Notes: a model not told the origin generated them from the sequence alone. A stretch of DNA of 64,000 nucleotides from an uncultured Verrucomicrobiae bacterium (GCA_963834385.1 CAWIBO010000003.1:256001-320000); one strand, 5' to 3'; shown: positions 34,616 to 46,024, counted from the first letter of the stretch. Program-made: numbers and translations.

Positions 34616-36748
34616 CTACTTGTTTTCCTTGGTCGGTCCGCCGAGCGCCTTTTCCTCTTTGCCCAACCCAAGCGTGGCCAGGAAAGGATCGATCGAGCGT
34701 TCGCGTCCGAGAAACTTCTGGATGGAAACGTTGACGTCGCGCGAGCTGCCCACGGCGTAGATCTCGTTGCGCAGCTTCATGCCGGCCTCCTTGTCGAAGT
34801 AGCCTTTCGGCGCCTTCTCGAAGACGGTGGCCATGTCGGCCGCAATCGCATCAGCCCAGGCGTAGCCGTAGTAACCGGCATCGTAACCGGCCAGGTGCCC
34901 AAAATAGGCGACAAAGGCGGTCTCCGGTTCGATCGGCAGAAAAACCTTTTCCAGGATGTCGTTGGAAACCTTGACCGCGTCATAGGCCTGCCCGGCGGGA
35001 TGCACGTCGTGCAAAGCGAGGTCGAGGTCGGCCATGGCAAATTGGCGGCGATAAGTGGTGCCGACGGTGCCGATCTTGGCTTCCTTCATCTTCGCGATGG
35101 TTTCGGTGGGAATTTTCTTCGAAGGATCGCGGTAATCGGCCGCGAAGGTATCGAGCACCTTCTTTTCCCAAACCCAGTTCTGGAGCATCTGCGAGGGGGC
35201 CTCGACGAAGTCGCGCGGCACGTTGCTGCCGGAGAAGCGGGCATACTTGGCCGTGGTCACGATGGAATGAAGGGCGTGCCCGAATTCATGGAAGAGTGTC
35301 TCCACGTCGCCATGGGTCAGGAGGGAGGGCGTGTCGCCGGTCGGCGGCGGGAAATTGCAGATCAGCCCGACGGTCGGTCGCTGATACTTGCCGTTGGGAA
35401 GCAGTTTTCCGCTGATGATGTCGAACTGGGCGAAATGATTGTATTTTCCGTCGCGCGGGAACATGTCGAGATAGAACATGCCCAGCGGGGCGCCGGAGGA
35501 GGCATCGCTCACCACCCAGAGCTGCAGGTCGTCGGTCCATTTTTTGCCCGGGTCGATCTGGTCAAACTTCAGGTCGAAGATCGACTGGTAGACCTCGAAC
35601 ATTCCGTCGAGGACAGGCTGATAGGGGAAAAAGACGCGGAGCGCCTGCTTGTCGACGGCGTAGCGGGTCTTGTTGATCTGCTGGGTGTAGTAACGCCAGT
35701 CCCAGCGGTTGATCTTCGCGTTGGCTTCGCCCGTCTCGGCCGCCTTCAGTTTCCGCATCTCGGCCAGTTCGGCGTCAAACTTCGGCTGGGTGCCCTTGAC
35801 CATGTCGGCGATGAACTGGCGCGCGGTCGCGCCCGTCTTTGCCATCTTGATCTCCGTCTGGAAATCGGCCCAGGATTTGTAGCCGAGCTTGAGCGCGATC
35901 TCGTTGCGCAGGCCCAGGATTTGGTTGAGAAGCGGGACATTCTTTTCGCGGGCCAGGTTCATCCGCGCGAGATGCATCTTCCTGCGCGCGGCCTCCTGTT
36001 TCGCGTTTTCCATGAAGGTCTGGTACTGGAAAGTGACGTTCGCCAGCAGGGTGAAACCGTCGTCGCCCTGTTTAACCCCGGGCATGTCGAGCAGGTCCTG
36101 CGGGACGCCCTCCACTTCCGCCTTGGTGAAGGTGATCGGCGCCTTCACCGCCACGATGTTCGACTGGAAATCGGTTTCCAGCCGGGCCACGTCCTTGCGC
36201 AGTTGCTCGACCTCCTTGCGCTTCTCCGGGGCGAGATCCAGGCCGGCGCGCCGGTAATCGCGCATCGTCTCAGCCAGCAGCTTGGCGTCCTCCCCCTCCA
36301 GCTTCGGGTTCGTCGCGACGAACGCTTTCATCGTCTTGTAAACGTCCTCGCGGTAATCCGTCCCCACGGCCCATTCCTGGAATTTCTTGATGCCCTCTTC
36401 GGCCGTGTCGCGCATCTCCTTCTGCGGATGCGCGTTCTTGATCACGCTCAATTTGTTGGCCGCGAGGAACGCTTCCCAGCCAAGGTCATCCAGGGCGCGC
36501 ACGGTATTGGCGAAGGTGACGGCCTTGGGTTCGAGCTGGCCGATCGCGTCCAGGGCTTTGTTGGCTTTGGCGATCGCGGCCGGGGCGAGGGCGCTCACCC
36601 CCTCGACGTCCCCCGGGAACTCCGGGACCGTCAGGACGACGTTCGCCTTCTCCGCCGCCTCCTTGAAATCATCAACCGACTTGAGCGGCGCGCCCTCGAG
36701 CGCGACGAGCGAAAGGAAGAGAGCGGTGAGACAGATGGAGGTTTTCAT
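34616..36748 (-). CDS. Secreted M3A (thimet oligopeptidase-like) metallopeptidase
   Basis: Signal peptide, FHEFGHALH, DFVEAPSQMLQNW, GYYGYAWA. Confidence 0.94.
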   Translation of the reverse strand: MKTSICLTALFLSLVALEGAPLKSVDDFKEAAEKANVVLTVPEFPGDVEGVSALAPAAIAKANKALDAIGQLEPKAVTFANTVRALDDLGWEAFLAANKLSVIKNAHPQKEMRDTAEEGIKKFQEWAVGTDYREDVYKTMKAFVATNPKLEGEDAKLLAETMRDYRRAGLDLAPEKRKEVEQLRKDVARLETDFQSNIVAVKAPITFTKAEVEGVPQDLLDMPGVKQGDDGFTLLANVTFQYQTFMENAKQEAARRKMHLARMNLAREKNVPLLNQILGLRNEIALKLGYKSWADFQTEIKMAKTGATARQFIADMVKGTQPKFDAELAEMRKLKAAETGEANAKINRWDWRYYTQQINKTRYAVDKQALRVFFPYQPVLDGMFEVYQSIFDLKFDQIDPGKKWTDDLQLWVVSDASSGAPLGMFYLDMFPRDGKYNHFAQFDIISGKLLPNGKYQRPTVGLICNFPPPTGDTPSLLTHGDVETLFHEFGHALHSIVTTAKYARFSGSNVPRDFVEAPSQMLQNWVWEKKVLDTFAADYRDPSKKIPTETIAKMKEAKIGTVGTTYRRQFAMADLDLALHDVHPAGQAYDAVKVSNDILEKVFLPIEPETAFVAYFGHLAGYDAGYYGYAWADAIAADMATVFEKAPKGYFDKEAGMKLRNEIYAVGSSRDVNVSIQKFLGRERSIDPFLATLGLGKEEKALGGPTKENK

Positions 36749-36830
36749 GGCGGGAGGAACCTTGTGCACGGCTCCCTGCGGGTAAAGCGCTCTTTTCGCG
36801 AAAAAGGCCGCCCCGTGCGATGGCTGAGCC

Positions 36831-37412
36831 ATGCCGGAATACGTCGAGAAATTTCTCCTCGCGTTCATTCCGCTCTTCGTGGCCATCGACCCGGTGGGCC
36901 TGATCGCCATTTTCATGGGCCTGGCCCCGAACGCCTCGCGCGAGCACCGGCAAAAGGAGGGTCTTCTCGCCATCATGACGGCCCTCGGGGTGTCGATCGG
37001 CTTCATTTTCCTGGGCAAGATCATCTTCAAGGCGCTGGGCATCACCGTGGCGGATTTTCAGGTGGCGGGCGGCCTGGTCCTGCTGGGCCTGGCCGTGCGC
37101 GAGCTCATGGGGGGCGGGGAGGACCGGCGCGACTCCGGGACCGGTTTCGGCGTGGTCCCGCTGGGCATGCCGCTTATCGCCGGACCCGCGCTCCTGACCG
37201 CGCTGCTCCTGCTCGTCGATACCGTGGGCGCGACCTACACCATCGCCGCCCTGATCGCGAACCTCGCCCTGGTCGAGGTCGGGTTCCGTTACGCGCGCCG
37301 GGTGGAAAAAATCGTGGGCAAACCCGGCCTGAACGGCATTTCCAAGCTGATCGCGCTTCTTCTTGCCGCCATCGCCGTGAGCCTGATCCGGCGCGGCTGG
37401 CAGACGGCCTGA
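36831..37412 (+). CDS. marC: MarC family membrane protein
   Basis: LFVAIDPVG, FQVAGG, PLGMPLIAGP. Confidence 0.9.
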   Translation: MPEYVEKFLLAFIPLFVAIDPVGLIAIFMGLAPNASREHRQKEGLLAIMTALGVSIGFIFLGKIIFKALGITVADFQVAGGLVLLGLAVRELMGGGEDRRDSGTGFGVVPLGMPLIAGPALLTALLLLVDTVGATYTIAALIANLALVEVGFRYARRVEKIVGKPGLNGISKLIALLLAAIAVSLIRRGWQTA

Positions 37413-37416
37413 CGGC

Positions 37417-37800
37417 TCAGAACTGCCCCGTGCGCAGCATCACGAGGGTGCAGCCCTCGACCACTTCGATCCCCTTTTCCTCGGCCTGGCCCCGCAGCTT
37501 TTCGTTTTCCGCCCCGGGATTCATGATGATGCGGCGGGGGTTCGCCTCGATGATCTCCGGGATCAGGGGGGTGGAACGGGCTTCGCCGAGATACATCGTG
37601 ACAGTGTCGATGGGGCGGGGGACCTCCGACATCTGGCGGAAGCAGCGTTCGCCCGCGACCTCCTCGAAGGCGGGATTAACCGGCAGGGGCGTGTGCCCGT
37701 ATTCCTTTAACATCTCCTGCGCCTGGTAGGCGTAGCGTTCGGGCTTCGGCGAAGCGCCCAGGACAACAACGTTTTCGCTTTTGGTCTGCCTGATGAGCAT
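37417..37800 (-). CDS. CoA-binding protein (YccU-like)
   Basis: VVLGASPKPERY, PVNP, IDTVTMY, NPGAEN, GCTLVML. Confidence 0.9.
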   Translation of the reverse strand: MLIRQTKSENVVVLGASPKPERYAYQAQEMLKEYGHTPLPVNPAFEEVAGERCFRQMSEVPRPIDTVTMYLGEARSTPLIPEIIEANPRRIIMNPGAENEKLRGQAEEKGIEVVEGCTLVMLRTGQF

Positions 37801-37862
37801 TCCGTAAAATAGCACGGAACATTTCCTGTCCTGCCCGATATTATCGCCGCTAGGCTGCGGAG

Positions 37863-38294
37863 GTGGATCTCCTGCGACGCCTGGCGCCTTTGCTCCTGCT
37901 CTCGCTCGCCTGCCTGGTCGTGCGGGAACAGTTCCCTTTCTCGCATTTCCCGATGTATTCGAGCTTCGGGCACCGCACGACCTATGTCTTCCTGGCCGAC
38001 GGGGAAGGGGCCCCGCTGGCGACGCGGGAGGTGGCGCCGGTCTCCACCCCCACGCTGAAGAAAATCTACGAGAACGAGGTGCGCCGGGAAACGGAGCGCC
38101 TGGGCGTGCGCCGGAGCCGGCTCCCGTTGGACGCGCGGGCCGCGGCGGGCCGCCGCACCCTCGAGTATCTCCACCGCCTGCCGAGCTTTCGCCCGCCGGC
38201 CACCGGCGGGGGCGAAGTGCAGCTCCGGGAGGTGACCATCTCCCTGCGCGGGCACCGCCTCGAAAAAACAACGGAAACCGTGGCCCGCCGATGA
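37863..38294 (+). CDS. Membrane-anchored hypothetical protein (partner of the HTTM-like protein)
   Basis: N-terminal TM helix, then EQFPFSHFPMYS. ATGA-coupled to the next gene. Confidence 0.7.
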   Translation: MDLLRRLAPLLLLSLACLVVREQFPFSHFPMYSSFGHRTTYVFLADGEGAPLATREVAPVSTPTLKKIYENEVRRETERLGVRRSRLPLDARAAAGRRTLEYLHRLPSFRPPATGGGEVQLREVTISLRGHRLEKTTETVARR

Positions 38295-39208
38295 AGCACC
38301 CGCTTTTTCTTCCGGCGACGCATGGCCCGGTCGAACGGGTCGCGATGCGGGGGCTCTTCGCCCTTCTGCTTTTCTGGCTCACGCCGGCCGCGCCTCCGGT
38401 TTCGTTCCTGCCCCACCCGAACGGGCTCGCCGCGGTCCTGCCGCTCGATTTTTTCCTCCACCCCGGCATCTACGCGGTCATCCGGGTCGCGGTCTGGGTC
38501 GCGCTGGCGCTTTATCTCGTTCGCCGGTGGACCGGTCTCGCCCTGGTCTGCCTGACTCTTTTTTTCATCGCCACCGGCAGCGTGATGAATTCGCAGGGGG
38601 CCATCTCCCATTCGCGCCAGATCGTGGCGCTGGTGTTGCTGGCCCAGACTGCCGCCCATTTCTTTCACCGGTGGCGCGGCCATGGGACCGGCTCAAAAGG
38701 AGAGGACCTTCTCATCTTCTGGTCGCAACAGGCGATCGCCGCGAGCTATCTGGTCGCCGGCATCAGCAAAATCATCAACAGCGGCGGGATTTGGGTCCTG
38801 CAGACGCCGCGGTCGGCGGTGCAAATCGTCAAGACCTGGGACCAAAGCTATTACGACCGGCTGGAACCGGGCCTGCGCGAGACGGGGGCGACCCTGGCGG
38901 AATGGATCCTGGCGCATCCCGGGCTGGTCATGGCGGTCGGGGCCGGCGGTCTGCTCCTGGAGCTGTCCGCCCCGCTCCTCCTGCTGGGGCGACGCTACGC
39001 GCTCGCCTACGGCGCGGCCCTGCTCGCCTTCCACGGGGCGATCGAGCGGACCATGCAGCTGCAATTCGAGAATAACGAGTATGTGATCTGGATTTATCTG
39101 GTGAACGTTCCCTTCTGGACCCTGGCCCTTTTTCACCGGCTCCAGGAGGGGCGAAACCCTCCCTCCGGGCCGGTTTCGGCAGAGGGAAGGGGGACCCCCG
39201 GTCATTGA
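38291..39208 (+). CDS. HTTM-like polytopic membrane protein
   Basis: About 7 TM helices with YLVAGISK, LELSAP and AFH motifs resembling the HTTM family. Confidence 0.65.
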   Translation: MKHPLFLPATHGPVERVAMRGLFALLLFWLTPAAPPVSFLPHPNGLAAVLPLDFFLHPGIYAVIRVAVWVALALYLVRRWTGLALVCLTLFFIATGSVMNSQGAISHSRQIVALVLLAQTAAHFFHRWRGHGTGSKGEDLLIFWSQQAIAASYLVAGISKIINSGGIWVLQTPRSAVQIVKTWDQSYYDRLEPGLRETGATLAEWILAHPGLVMAVGAGGLLLELSAPLLLLGRRYALAYGAALLAFHGAIERTMQLQFENNEYVIWIYLVNVPFWTLALFHRLQEGRNPPSGPVSAEGRGTPGH

Positions 39209-39232
39209 CAGGGCAGGGAGCACTGTTATCAT
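39205..39232 (+). promoter_or_regulatory. Sigma70-type promoter of hpnH-shc
   Basis: TTGACA-N16-TATCAT with an extended TG, ending 9 nt before the ATG. Confidence 0.7.
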
Positions 39233-39241
39233 CGCGCCCTT

Positions 39242-40552
39242 ATGAGATTTCCCTTGGCGCTCACGACAAAGATCGCCGGCTATATTATTGGCCACAAGCT
39301 GCGCCGGACGGACAAATTTGCCACGGTTCTCCAGCTGGAGCCCCTCCACACCTGTAACCTGACCTGTACCGGCTGCGGCCGGATCCGGGAATATTCGACT
39401 TCCCTGAAGGACATGATGTCGCTGGAGGACTGCCTGGGGGCGGCCGAGGAGTGCAATGCCCCCATGGTCTCGATCTGCGGCGGCGAGCCCCTGATCTATC
39501 CCCATATCGAGGCGCTGGTGAACGGTCTCCTGGGCCGGAAACGGATTGTTTACATCTGCACCAACGCCATGTTCATGCGCCGGAAAATGCGCGAATGGCT
39601 GGCCACCCAGCTGGCTGATCGCCCGGCCTACGTGGAGGAAAAAATCGCCTCCCTGGTCGCGGCCGGCGTGATGAACGAGAAAGAGGCTGCCGAAGTGCGC
39701 AAAGGCCCCAAGGACGCGGGCAAGCCGGTCATTGGACCGAGCAGATGGATGTACTGGAACGTTCACCTCGACGGCCTCGAGCGGACCCACGACCTGATCG
39801 TGGAGCGCGAAGGCGTCTTCAAGGAATGCGTCCTCGCGATCAAGATGGCCAAGCTGCTGGACTACCAGGTGGCCACCAACACCACCGTCTACAAGGAGAC
39901 GGACATGGACGAACTCGAGCAGCTTTTCGATTTCCTGGCTGATCTCGGGGTGGACGGCCATACCATCACCCCCGGCTACGAATACGACGCAGCCAAGAAG
40001 GACATGATCGCCCGGCTCCAGCTCCAGCCGGAGAATTTTTTCCTGACCCGCCGGCTCACGACCGAGAAGTTCGCGCGCATGGAGGATTGGATGAACCGCT
40101 ACACCTTTTTCGGGACGCCGGTTTACTTCGAGTTCCTCGCCGGCAAACGCGACCTGACCTGCTCCGCCTGGGCCATCCCGACGCGGAACATGCGCGGGTG
40201 GAAGGCGCCCTGCTATTTCATGACGGATGCGGTGGGCACGAACGGCTCCGGGCATTACGCGACCTATGCGGAACTCCTGGAGCAGGTTGATTGGTCCAAG
40301 TACGGGGTGGTGGACGGCGTGGCCAAGGACCCGCGTTGCGAGAACTGCATGACGCATTGCGGCTATGAGCCGACGGCCAGTCTCGGGTTGCAGGCGCAGC
40401 CGGGCGACACCTGGAAAACGATTCGCTTCAATTTCGGGGCCAAACCGCAGGCCGCCGGCCGGGGCAGCGAGGTGCTGGCCTTTAACGGGGTCACCTCGGG
40501 CAACGGGCATCTCACCGGGCCGAAGGCAGAACTGGCCGCGCAGGCTTCCTGA
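39242..40552 (+). CDS. hpnH: Adenosyl-hopene transferase (radical SAM)
   Basis: LEPLHTCNLTCTGCG, SICGGEPL, CENCMTHCGYEPT. Adjacent to shc. Confidence 0.92.
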   Translation: MRFPLALTTKIAGYIIGHKLRRTDKFATVLQLEPLHTCNLTCTGCGRIREYSTSLKDMMSLEDCLGAAEECNAPMVSICGGEPLIYPHIEALVNGLLGRKRIVYICTNAMFMRRKMREWLATQLADRPAYVEEKIASLVAAGVMNEKEAAEVRKGPKDAGKPVIGPSRWMYWNVHLDGLERTHDLIVEREGVFKECVLAIKMAKLLDYQVATNTTVYKETDMDELEQLFDFLADLGVDGHTITPGYEYDAAKKDMIARLQLQPENFFLTRRLTTEKFARMEDWMNRYTFFGTPVYFEFLAGKRDLTCSAWAIPTRNMRGWKAPCYFMTDAVGTNGSGHYATYAELLEQVDWSKYGVVDGVAKDPRCENCMTHCGYEPTASLGLQAQPGDTWKTIRFNFGAKPQAAGRGSEVLAFNGVTSGNGHLTGPKAELAAQAS

Positions 40553-40560
40553 TTTTTCCC

Positions 40561-42558
40561 ATGCCGACCACCGCAGGCAACGTCATCGCTCTGCCAACCG
40601 CTCATTCCGAGGACGCGGGAATTTACCCGGGCGCCAGTCCCGAGATCGCGCAGGCGATCCGCGCGGCCCAGGAAAACCTGCTCCGGCAGCAAAAGCCCGA
40701 TGGGCACTGGGTGGGCGAGCTCCTCGTCGACAGCACCCTGTGCTCCGACTACGTGCTTTTCATGCACTGGCTCGGCCAGGTGGACGAGAAGCTGCAGCAG
40801 AAATGCGTCCGGCATATCCTGAAACGCCAGTTGCCGGACGGCGGCTGGAACATTTATCACGGCGGGCCGAGCGAGATCAACGCCTCGGGCAAGGCCTACT
40901 TCGCGCTCAAGCTGGCCGGTTATGCTCCGGACGTTCCTTTCATGCAGGAAGCCCGCGCCAACATCCTTCGGCTCGGCGGCATCCCGAAGATGAACACCTT
41001 CAGCAAGCTTTATCTCGCGCTGATGGGCCAGTTCCCCTGGAAATATCTCCCCACCATCCCGGTGGAAATGGTGCTCCTGCCGAAATGGGCGCCGTTCAAC
41101 ATGTACAAGATGTCGTCCTGGAGCCGGGCCATGCTCGTGCCCCTCGCGATCATCAATCATTTCAAGCCCACCCGCGATCTTCCCCCGGGGAAACAGCTGC
41201 ACGAACTCTATCCGCTCGGGACCGAGCATAAGAATTTCCTGCTCCCGCGGGATGAGCGCCTCTTCACCTGGCGCAATTTCTTCCTCCGCTGCGACGCGGC
41301 CATGAAGATCCTGCACGCCATTCCCTGGAAACCGCTCCGGGCCCGCGCCCTCGAGGAGGCGGAACGCTGGATGATCGAGCGCATCGGCGAGGGCAGCGAC
41401 GGCCTGGCCACCGTCTTCCCGGCCATGCTCAATTGCATGATCGCCCTGCGCGCCCTCGGCTATCCGGAAACCCATCCGATTTACCAGAAGGCCCGGAACG
41501 ATTTCGCCGGCCTTTTTGTCGATGACCCCGAGGATTTTCGCATTCAGCCCTGTCTCTCTCCTGTCTGGGACACTGCGATCAACATGATCGCGCTCGGGGA
41601 ATCGGGCCTCCCGGCTGATCACCCCGCGCTGCGCGCCGCGGCGGAATGGCTTGTGGACAAGGAAGTGCGCCTTCGCGGCGACTGGGTGATGAACAATCCG
41701 CACCCGGAGGCGAGCGGCTGGGCCTTCGAGTATAACAACGTTTATTATCCCGACACCGACGACACGGCCATGGTCCTGATGGCGCTGCGCCTGGCCCGCC
41801 CGGAAAACCAGCAGGCTCTCGACCAGCTCTTCCGCCGGGCGGTCGGCTGGCAGCTCAGCTTCCAGTGTCGCGACGGGGGCTGGGCCGCCTTTGACAAGGA
41901 AGTGACGCAGCGCTGGCTGGAAAACATGCCGTTTGCCGACCACAACGCGATTCTTGATCCCACCTGCAGTGACCTGACGGCGCGCACGCTCGAGCTGCTC
42001 GGCTACATCGGCTTTGACCGGAACGAGGAATGCGTCCGGCGCGCCGTGCATCACCTGGTGGAGACACAGGACGACGACGGCTCGTGGTACGGCCGCTGGG
42101 GCGTCAATTACATTTACGGCACCTGGCAGGTCCTGCGCGGCCTGCGCGCCATCGGCGAGGACATGTCGCAGGATTGGATCCTGCGCGGGCGCGACTGGCT
42201 GGAGAGCTGCCAGAACGACGACGGCGGCTGGGGCGAGACCTGCGCATCCTACGACGACACCACCCTCAAGGGCTGCGGCGTAAGCACCGCTTCGCAGACG
42301 GCCTGGGCGCTCATGGGCCTGTGCGCCTGCGGCGACCTGGACCGCCCCAGCGTGCAACGCGGGCTGCGTTACCTGCTTAATTCGCAAAACTCCGACGGAT
42401 CCTGGACCGAGCCGCAGATCACCGGCACCGGGTTCCCGCGCGTTTTTTATCTCAAGTACGACATGTATCGGCAGAATTTCCCGCTCATGGCGCTGGCGAC
42501 CTACGTGAATTACCGCGACGGCACGTTTCACCAGCCTTCCCAGCACCGCTGGAACTGA
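40561..42558 (+). CDS. shc: Squalene-hopene cyclase
   Basis: DTDDTA catalytic motif, QW repeats, GRWGVNY, TGTGFP. Confidence 0.98.
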   Translation: MPTTAGNVIALPTAHSEDAGIYPGASPEIAQAIRAAQENLLRQQKPDGHWVGELLVDSTLCSDYVLFMHWLGQVDEKLQQKCVRHILKRQLPDGGWNIYHGGPSEINASGKAYFALKLAGYAPDVPFMQEARANILRLGGIPKMNTFSKLYLALMGQFPWKYLPTIPVEMVLLPKWAPFNMYKMSSWSRAMLVPLAIINHFKPTRDLPPGKQLHELYPLGTEHKNFLLPRDERLFTWRNFFLRCDAAMKILHAIPWKPLRARALEEAERWMIERIGEGSDGLATVFPAMLNCMIALRALGYPETHPIYQKARNDFAGLFVDDPEDFRIQPCLSPVWDTAINMIALGESGLPADHPALRAAAEWLVDKEVRLRGDWVMNNPHPEASGWAFEYNNVYYPDTDDTAMVLMALRLARPENQQALDQLFRRAVGWQLSFQCRDGGWAAFDKEVTQRWLENMPFADHNAILDPTCSDLTARTLELLGYIGFDRNEECVRRAVHHLVETQDDDGSWYGRWGVNYIYGTWQVLRGLRAIGEDMSQDWILRGRDWLESCQNDDGGWGETCASYDDTTLKGCGVSTASQTAWALMGLCACGDLDRPSVQRGLRYLLNSQNSDGSWTEPQITGTGFPRVFYLKYDMYRQNFPLMALATYVNYRDGTFHQPSQHRWN

Positions 42559-42637
42559 GACCGGGACGCCGCGCGGCCGTGGGAGCCGCTTTGAAAGCAT
42601 CCCTTTGCCGTCCGCCTCCTCCTGCGTTTAGTAGGGG

Positions 42638-43244
<607 letters not shown>

Positions 43245-43311
43245 TCCCGCCGCTCGCTGGCCCTGGCTGATCGCCGCGGCCCTGCTGGCCGTCGCCTCCC
43301 TTCTCGTCGGC

Positions 43312-44649
43312 GTGGTCCGTTTCACGGAACCGCTGGCGATCACGCCATGGGAGTCCGCGCTCGCCATGGAGGGGATGCGGTTCCAGGCCGGGCTGCCGCT
43401 CTACGAGCCCGGCCACGCCACCCATCTCTACGGGCCGCTTCTTTCCGTCGTCCTTGGCGGATTGTTTTCCGTCACCGGGCTGGACCTGCTGGCGGCGCGG
43501 CTGCTTTTCTCCTCGTTCGCCCTGGTCCTTGTCGGTCTCCTGACGTGGCTCCTTTGCCGGGACGGGCTGCGCCGGTTCGCCCTTCTGGGCGCGCTTCTCT
43601 TCCTCGCGGTCAATTTGCGCACCAGCTTCGTTTTTTTCTCCACGCAACCCGATTGCCTTGCGGCCTTGCTCGCCCTCCTCGCGCTCGTTCTCTGGATCGA
43701 CGCGGGTGGCTCGTGGGTGCGCCACGGCTTTGCCCTTGGTCTTTTCCTCGCCGCGCTGCTTTTCAAACAGACCAGCGCGGCGTTCGCCCTCATCCCGATT
43801 GCGCACGCGCTTCTCTTTGATCGGTCCCGCCTGCTTCGAGCCTGTCTGCCCGCGGCCTTTCTCCTGGCCGCGCTGCTCGCGCTGCGCTTCGTTTACCCCG
43901 CGGTTTTCCACGGCATGGTGGCTGTCCCGGGCACGCTCAAGGTCCATTACGGACGGCTGCCGGCGATGTCCCTTTATTTGCTGGCCACTTTTCCCATCTT
44001 TTTTGTCGCGCTCCTCGCCCGGCTGCTCGACCCGGCCGCGCTGTCGAAGAGGGAACGCTGGATTTGTTCCGCCCTGGTTGTCCTGGTGCCGGTGAGCATC
44101 TGGACCACGATCAAGAGTGGCGGCGGCTACAACTCGCTCCTCTTTGGGTTTTTGGCGCTGACGGCGTTTGTGGTGGTCCAGCTCGATCGCCTGTTGCACC
44201 TGTTCCAGGAGAATCCCCGGCGTCAGCTTGTCATGTCCACCGCCGCGGCCGTGGCCCTTCTTTGTTCCTTTTTCTTCAATTTCGAGCGCGCGGTTCCTCT
44301 TCTCCTCGGGAGAAGCGGCGACGAAAAATATCCCGCGGCGGTGGACCTGGCCCGCCAGCTTGGAGAAGGCGTGGTTTCTCCTCACGATCCGACCATCGCT
44401 TTCCGGGCCAACGGCTTTTTCGGGCGCAGCCTCTATTTCGAGCTCGATACCCACTCGGAGAATGGCGAATGGCCGCTTGATCTTCCCGAGGGCATGCGCA
44501 CCGAGCTCGAACAAAGCCGTTATGTCATTCAGGTCGAGACCGGCGTGCCTTCGCGGTTGACGCCCGCGCGGCTGGACCAGCTCGGGTTCCGGCCGTTGGG
44601 GGTGCCGTCGCTGGCCGGGTCCTCCTATTCGCTCTGGGGAAAAAAGTAG
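43312..44649 (+). CDS. GT-C-like polytopic membrane protein (true start probably further upstream)
   Basis: Multiple TM helices with LYGPL, QPD and FKQT motifs like ArnT/PMT-family proteins. Confidence 0.65.
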   Translation: MVRFTEPLAITPWESALAMEGMRFQAGLPLYEPGHATHLYGPLLSVVLGGLFSVTGLDLLAARLLFSSFALVLVGLLTWLLCRDGLRRFALLGALLFLAVNLRTSFVFFSTQPDCLAALLALLALVLWIDAGGSWVRHGFALGLFLAALLFKQTSAAFALIPIAHALLFDRSRLLRACLPAAFLLAALLALRFVYPAVFHGMVAVPGTLKVHYGRLPAMSLYLLATFPIFFVALLARLLDPAALSKRERWICSALVVLVPVSIWTTIKSGGGYNSLLFGFLALTAFVVVQLDRLLHLFQENPRRQLVMSTAAAVALLCSFFFNFERAVPLLLGRSGDEKYPAAVDLARQLGEGVVSPHDPTIAFRANGFFGRSLYFELDTHSENGEWPLDLPEGMRTELEQSRYVIQVETGVPSRLTPARLDQLGFRPLGVPSLAGSSYSLWGKK

Positions 44650-44724
44650 GCGGCGCTCCGTTTTCCCCGGAGAGGTGAAGCCCCATTTGCCAAGGGCGCT
44701 CCCCCACGGGAGTTTTGCCCGCGC

Positions 44725-45966
44725 ATGGCGTTCCTGAACGAGAATTATCTCAAACTCCAGGCTGGTTATCTTTTTCCCGAGATCGCCCGCCGGGTCCGCG
44801 AGTTTTGTGAGGCTGATCCCCAGGCCGCGACGCGCCTGATCCGGTGCGGCATCGGCGATGTCACCGAGCCGCTTCCCTCGGCCGTGATCAAGGCCATGAA
44901 AGCCGCGGTGGATGAGCTCGGTGCCCGCGAAACGTTCCGCGGTTACGGCCCGGAACAGGGCTACGAGTTTTTGCGCCAGAAAATCGCGCAGCGCGATTTT
45001 CGGGATCGCGGCATCGAGATTGCCGACGACGAAATTTTTATCTCCGACGGGTCGAAGCCCGATTGCGGTCATATTCTCGACATCCTGGGCGACCAAAACC
45101 GCATCGCCATCACCGACCCGGTCTACCCGGTCTACGTCGACACCAACGTCATGGCCGGCCATACCGGCCCGGCCCGGCCGGAAGGGGGCTACGAGGGGCT
45201 GGTCTACCTGGCCTGCCGCGCGGAGAACGGTTTTGTCCCGGCACCGCCGGCCGAGCATGCGGACCTGGTTTATCTTTGTTTCCCGAACAACCCGACCGGC
45301 GCGGTGGCCACGCGGGCGCAGCTGGAGCGCTGGGTGGAATGGGCCACGGAGCATGATGCCATCATCCTCTTCGATGCGGCCTACGAGGGCTACATCAGCG
45401 ACCCGGCGATTCCTCATTCGATTTTCGAGATCCCCGGCGCGCTGGCGCGGGCGGTCGAGTTTCGGAGTTTCTCCAAGACCGGCGGTTTCACCGGGGTGCG
45501 CTGCGGGTTCACCGTCCTGAGCCGGCAGTTGCAGGCGCGGACCGAAGAGGGCCGGCGGCTGCCGCTTCACCCGCTCTGGCACCGGCGCTGGAGCACGAAG
45601 TCAAACAGCGTGAGCTACCCGGTGCAACGCGGGGCGGAGGCGCTTTACAGCGAGGCCGGGCAGGAGGAGGTGCGCCGATTGATCGAGCATTACATGGGCA
45701 ACGCGCGGCTGCTGCGGGAGGCGGCGGAGGAGGCCGGCCTCGAGGTGCATGGCGGCACGAACGCCCCTTACATCTGGGTGCGGACGCCGGCGGGCACGAG
45801 CAGCTGGGAGATGTTCGACCGGATGCTGCGGGAGTTGAACGTCGTTATCACGCCGGGGAGCGGTTTTGGCTCTCAAGGCGAGGGTTATTTCCGCATTTCC
45901 GCCTTTAACAGCCGCGAGAACGCGCAGGAGGTGGCACGGCGGCTGCGGGAAACGAGTTTCACCTGA
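44725..45966 (+). CDS. dapL: LL-diaminopimelate aminotransferase
   Basis: [37 protein letters not shown]. Confidence 0.97.
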   Translation: MAFLNENYLKLQAGYLFPEIARRVREFCEADPQAATRLIRCGIGDVTEPLPSAVIKAMKAAVDELGARETFRGYGPEQGYEFLRQKIAQRDFRDRGIEIADDEIFISDGSKPDCGHILDILGDQNRIAITDPVYPVYVDTNVMAGHTGPARPEGGYEGLVYLACRAENGFVPAPPAEHADLVYLCFPNNPTGAVATRAQLERWVEWATEHDAIILFDAAYEGYISDPAIPHSIFEIPGALARAVEFRSFSKTGGFTGVRCGFTVLSRQLQARTEEGRRLPLHPLWHRRWSTKSNSVSYPVQRGAEALYSEAGQEEVRRLIEHYMGNARLLREAAEEAGLEVHGGTNAPYIWVRTPAGTSSWEMFDRMLRELNVVITPGSGFGSQGEGYFRISAFNSRENAQEVARRLRETSFT

Positions 45967-46024
45967 AACGTTTCCTCCGCGGCAGGCTTGTCCTCGCCCG
46001 CTCTCGAAAATAGAGTTCACCGTC

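Noticed and set aside
33455..37729. 1424-aa plus-strand ORF
   Set aside because: Antisense shadow of the kef and M3 peptidase genes. It has no motifs, and such shadows are common in GC-rich DNA.
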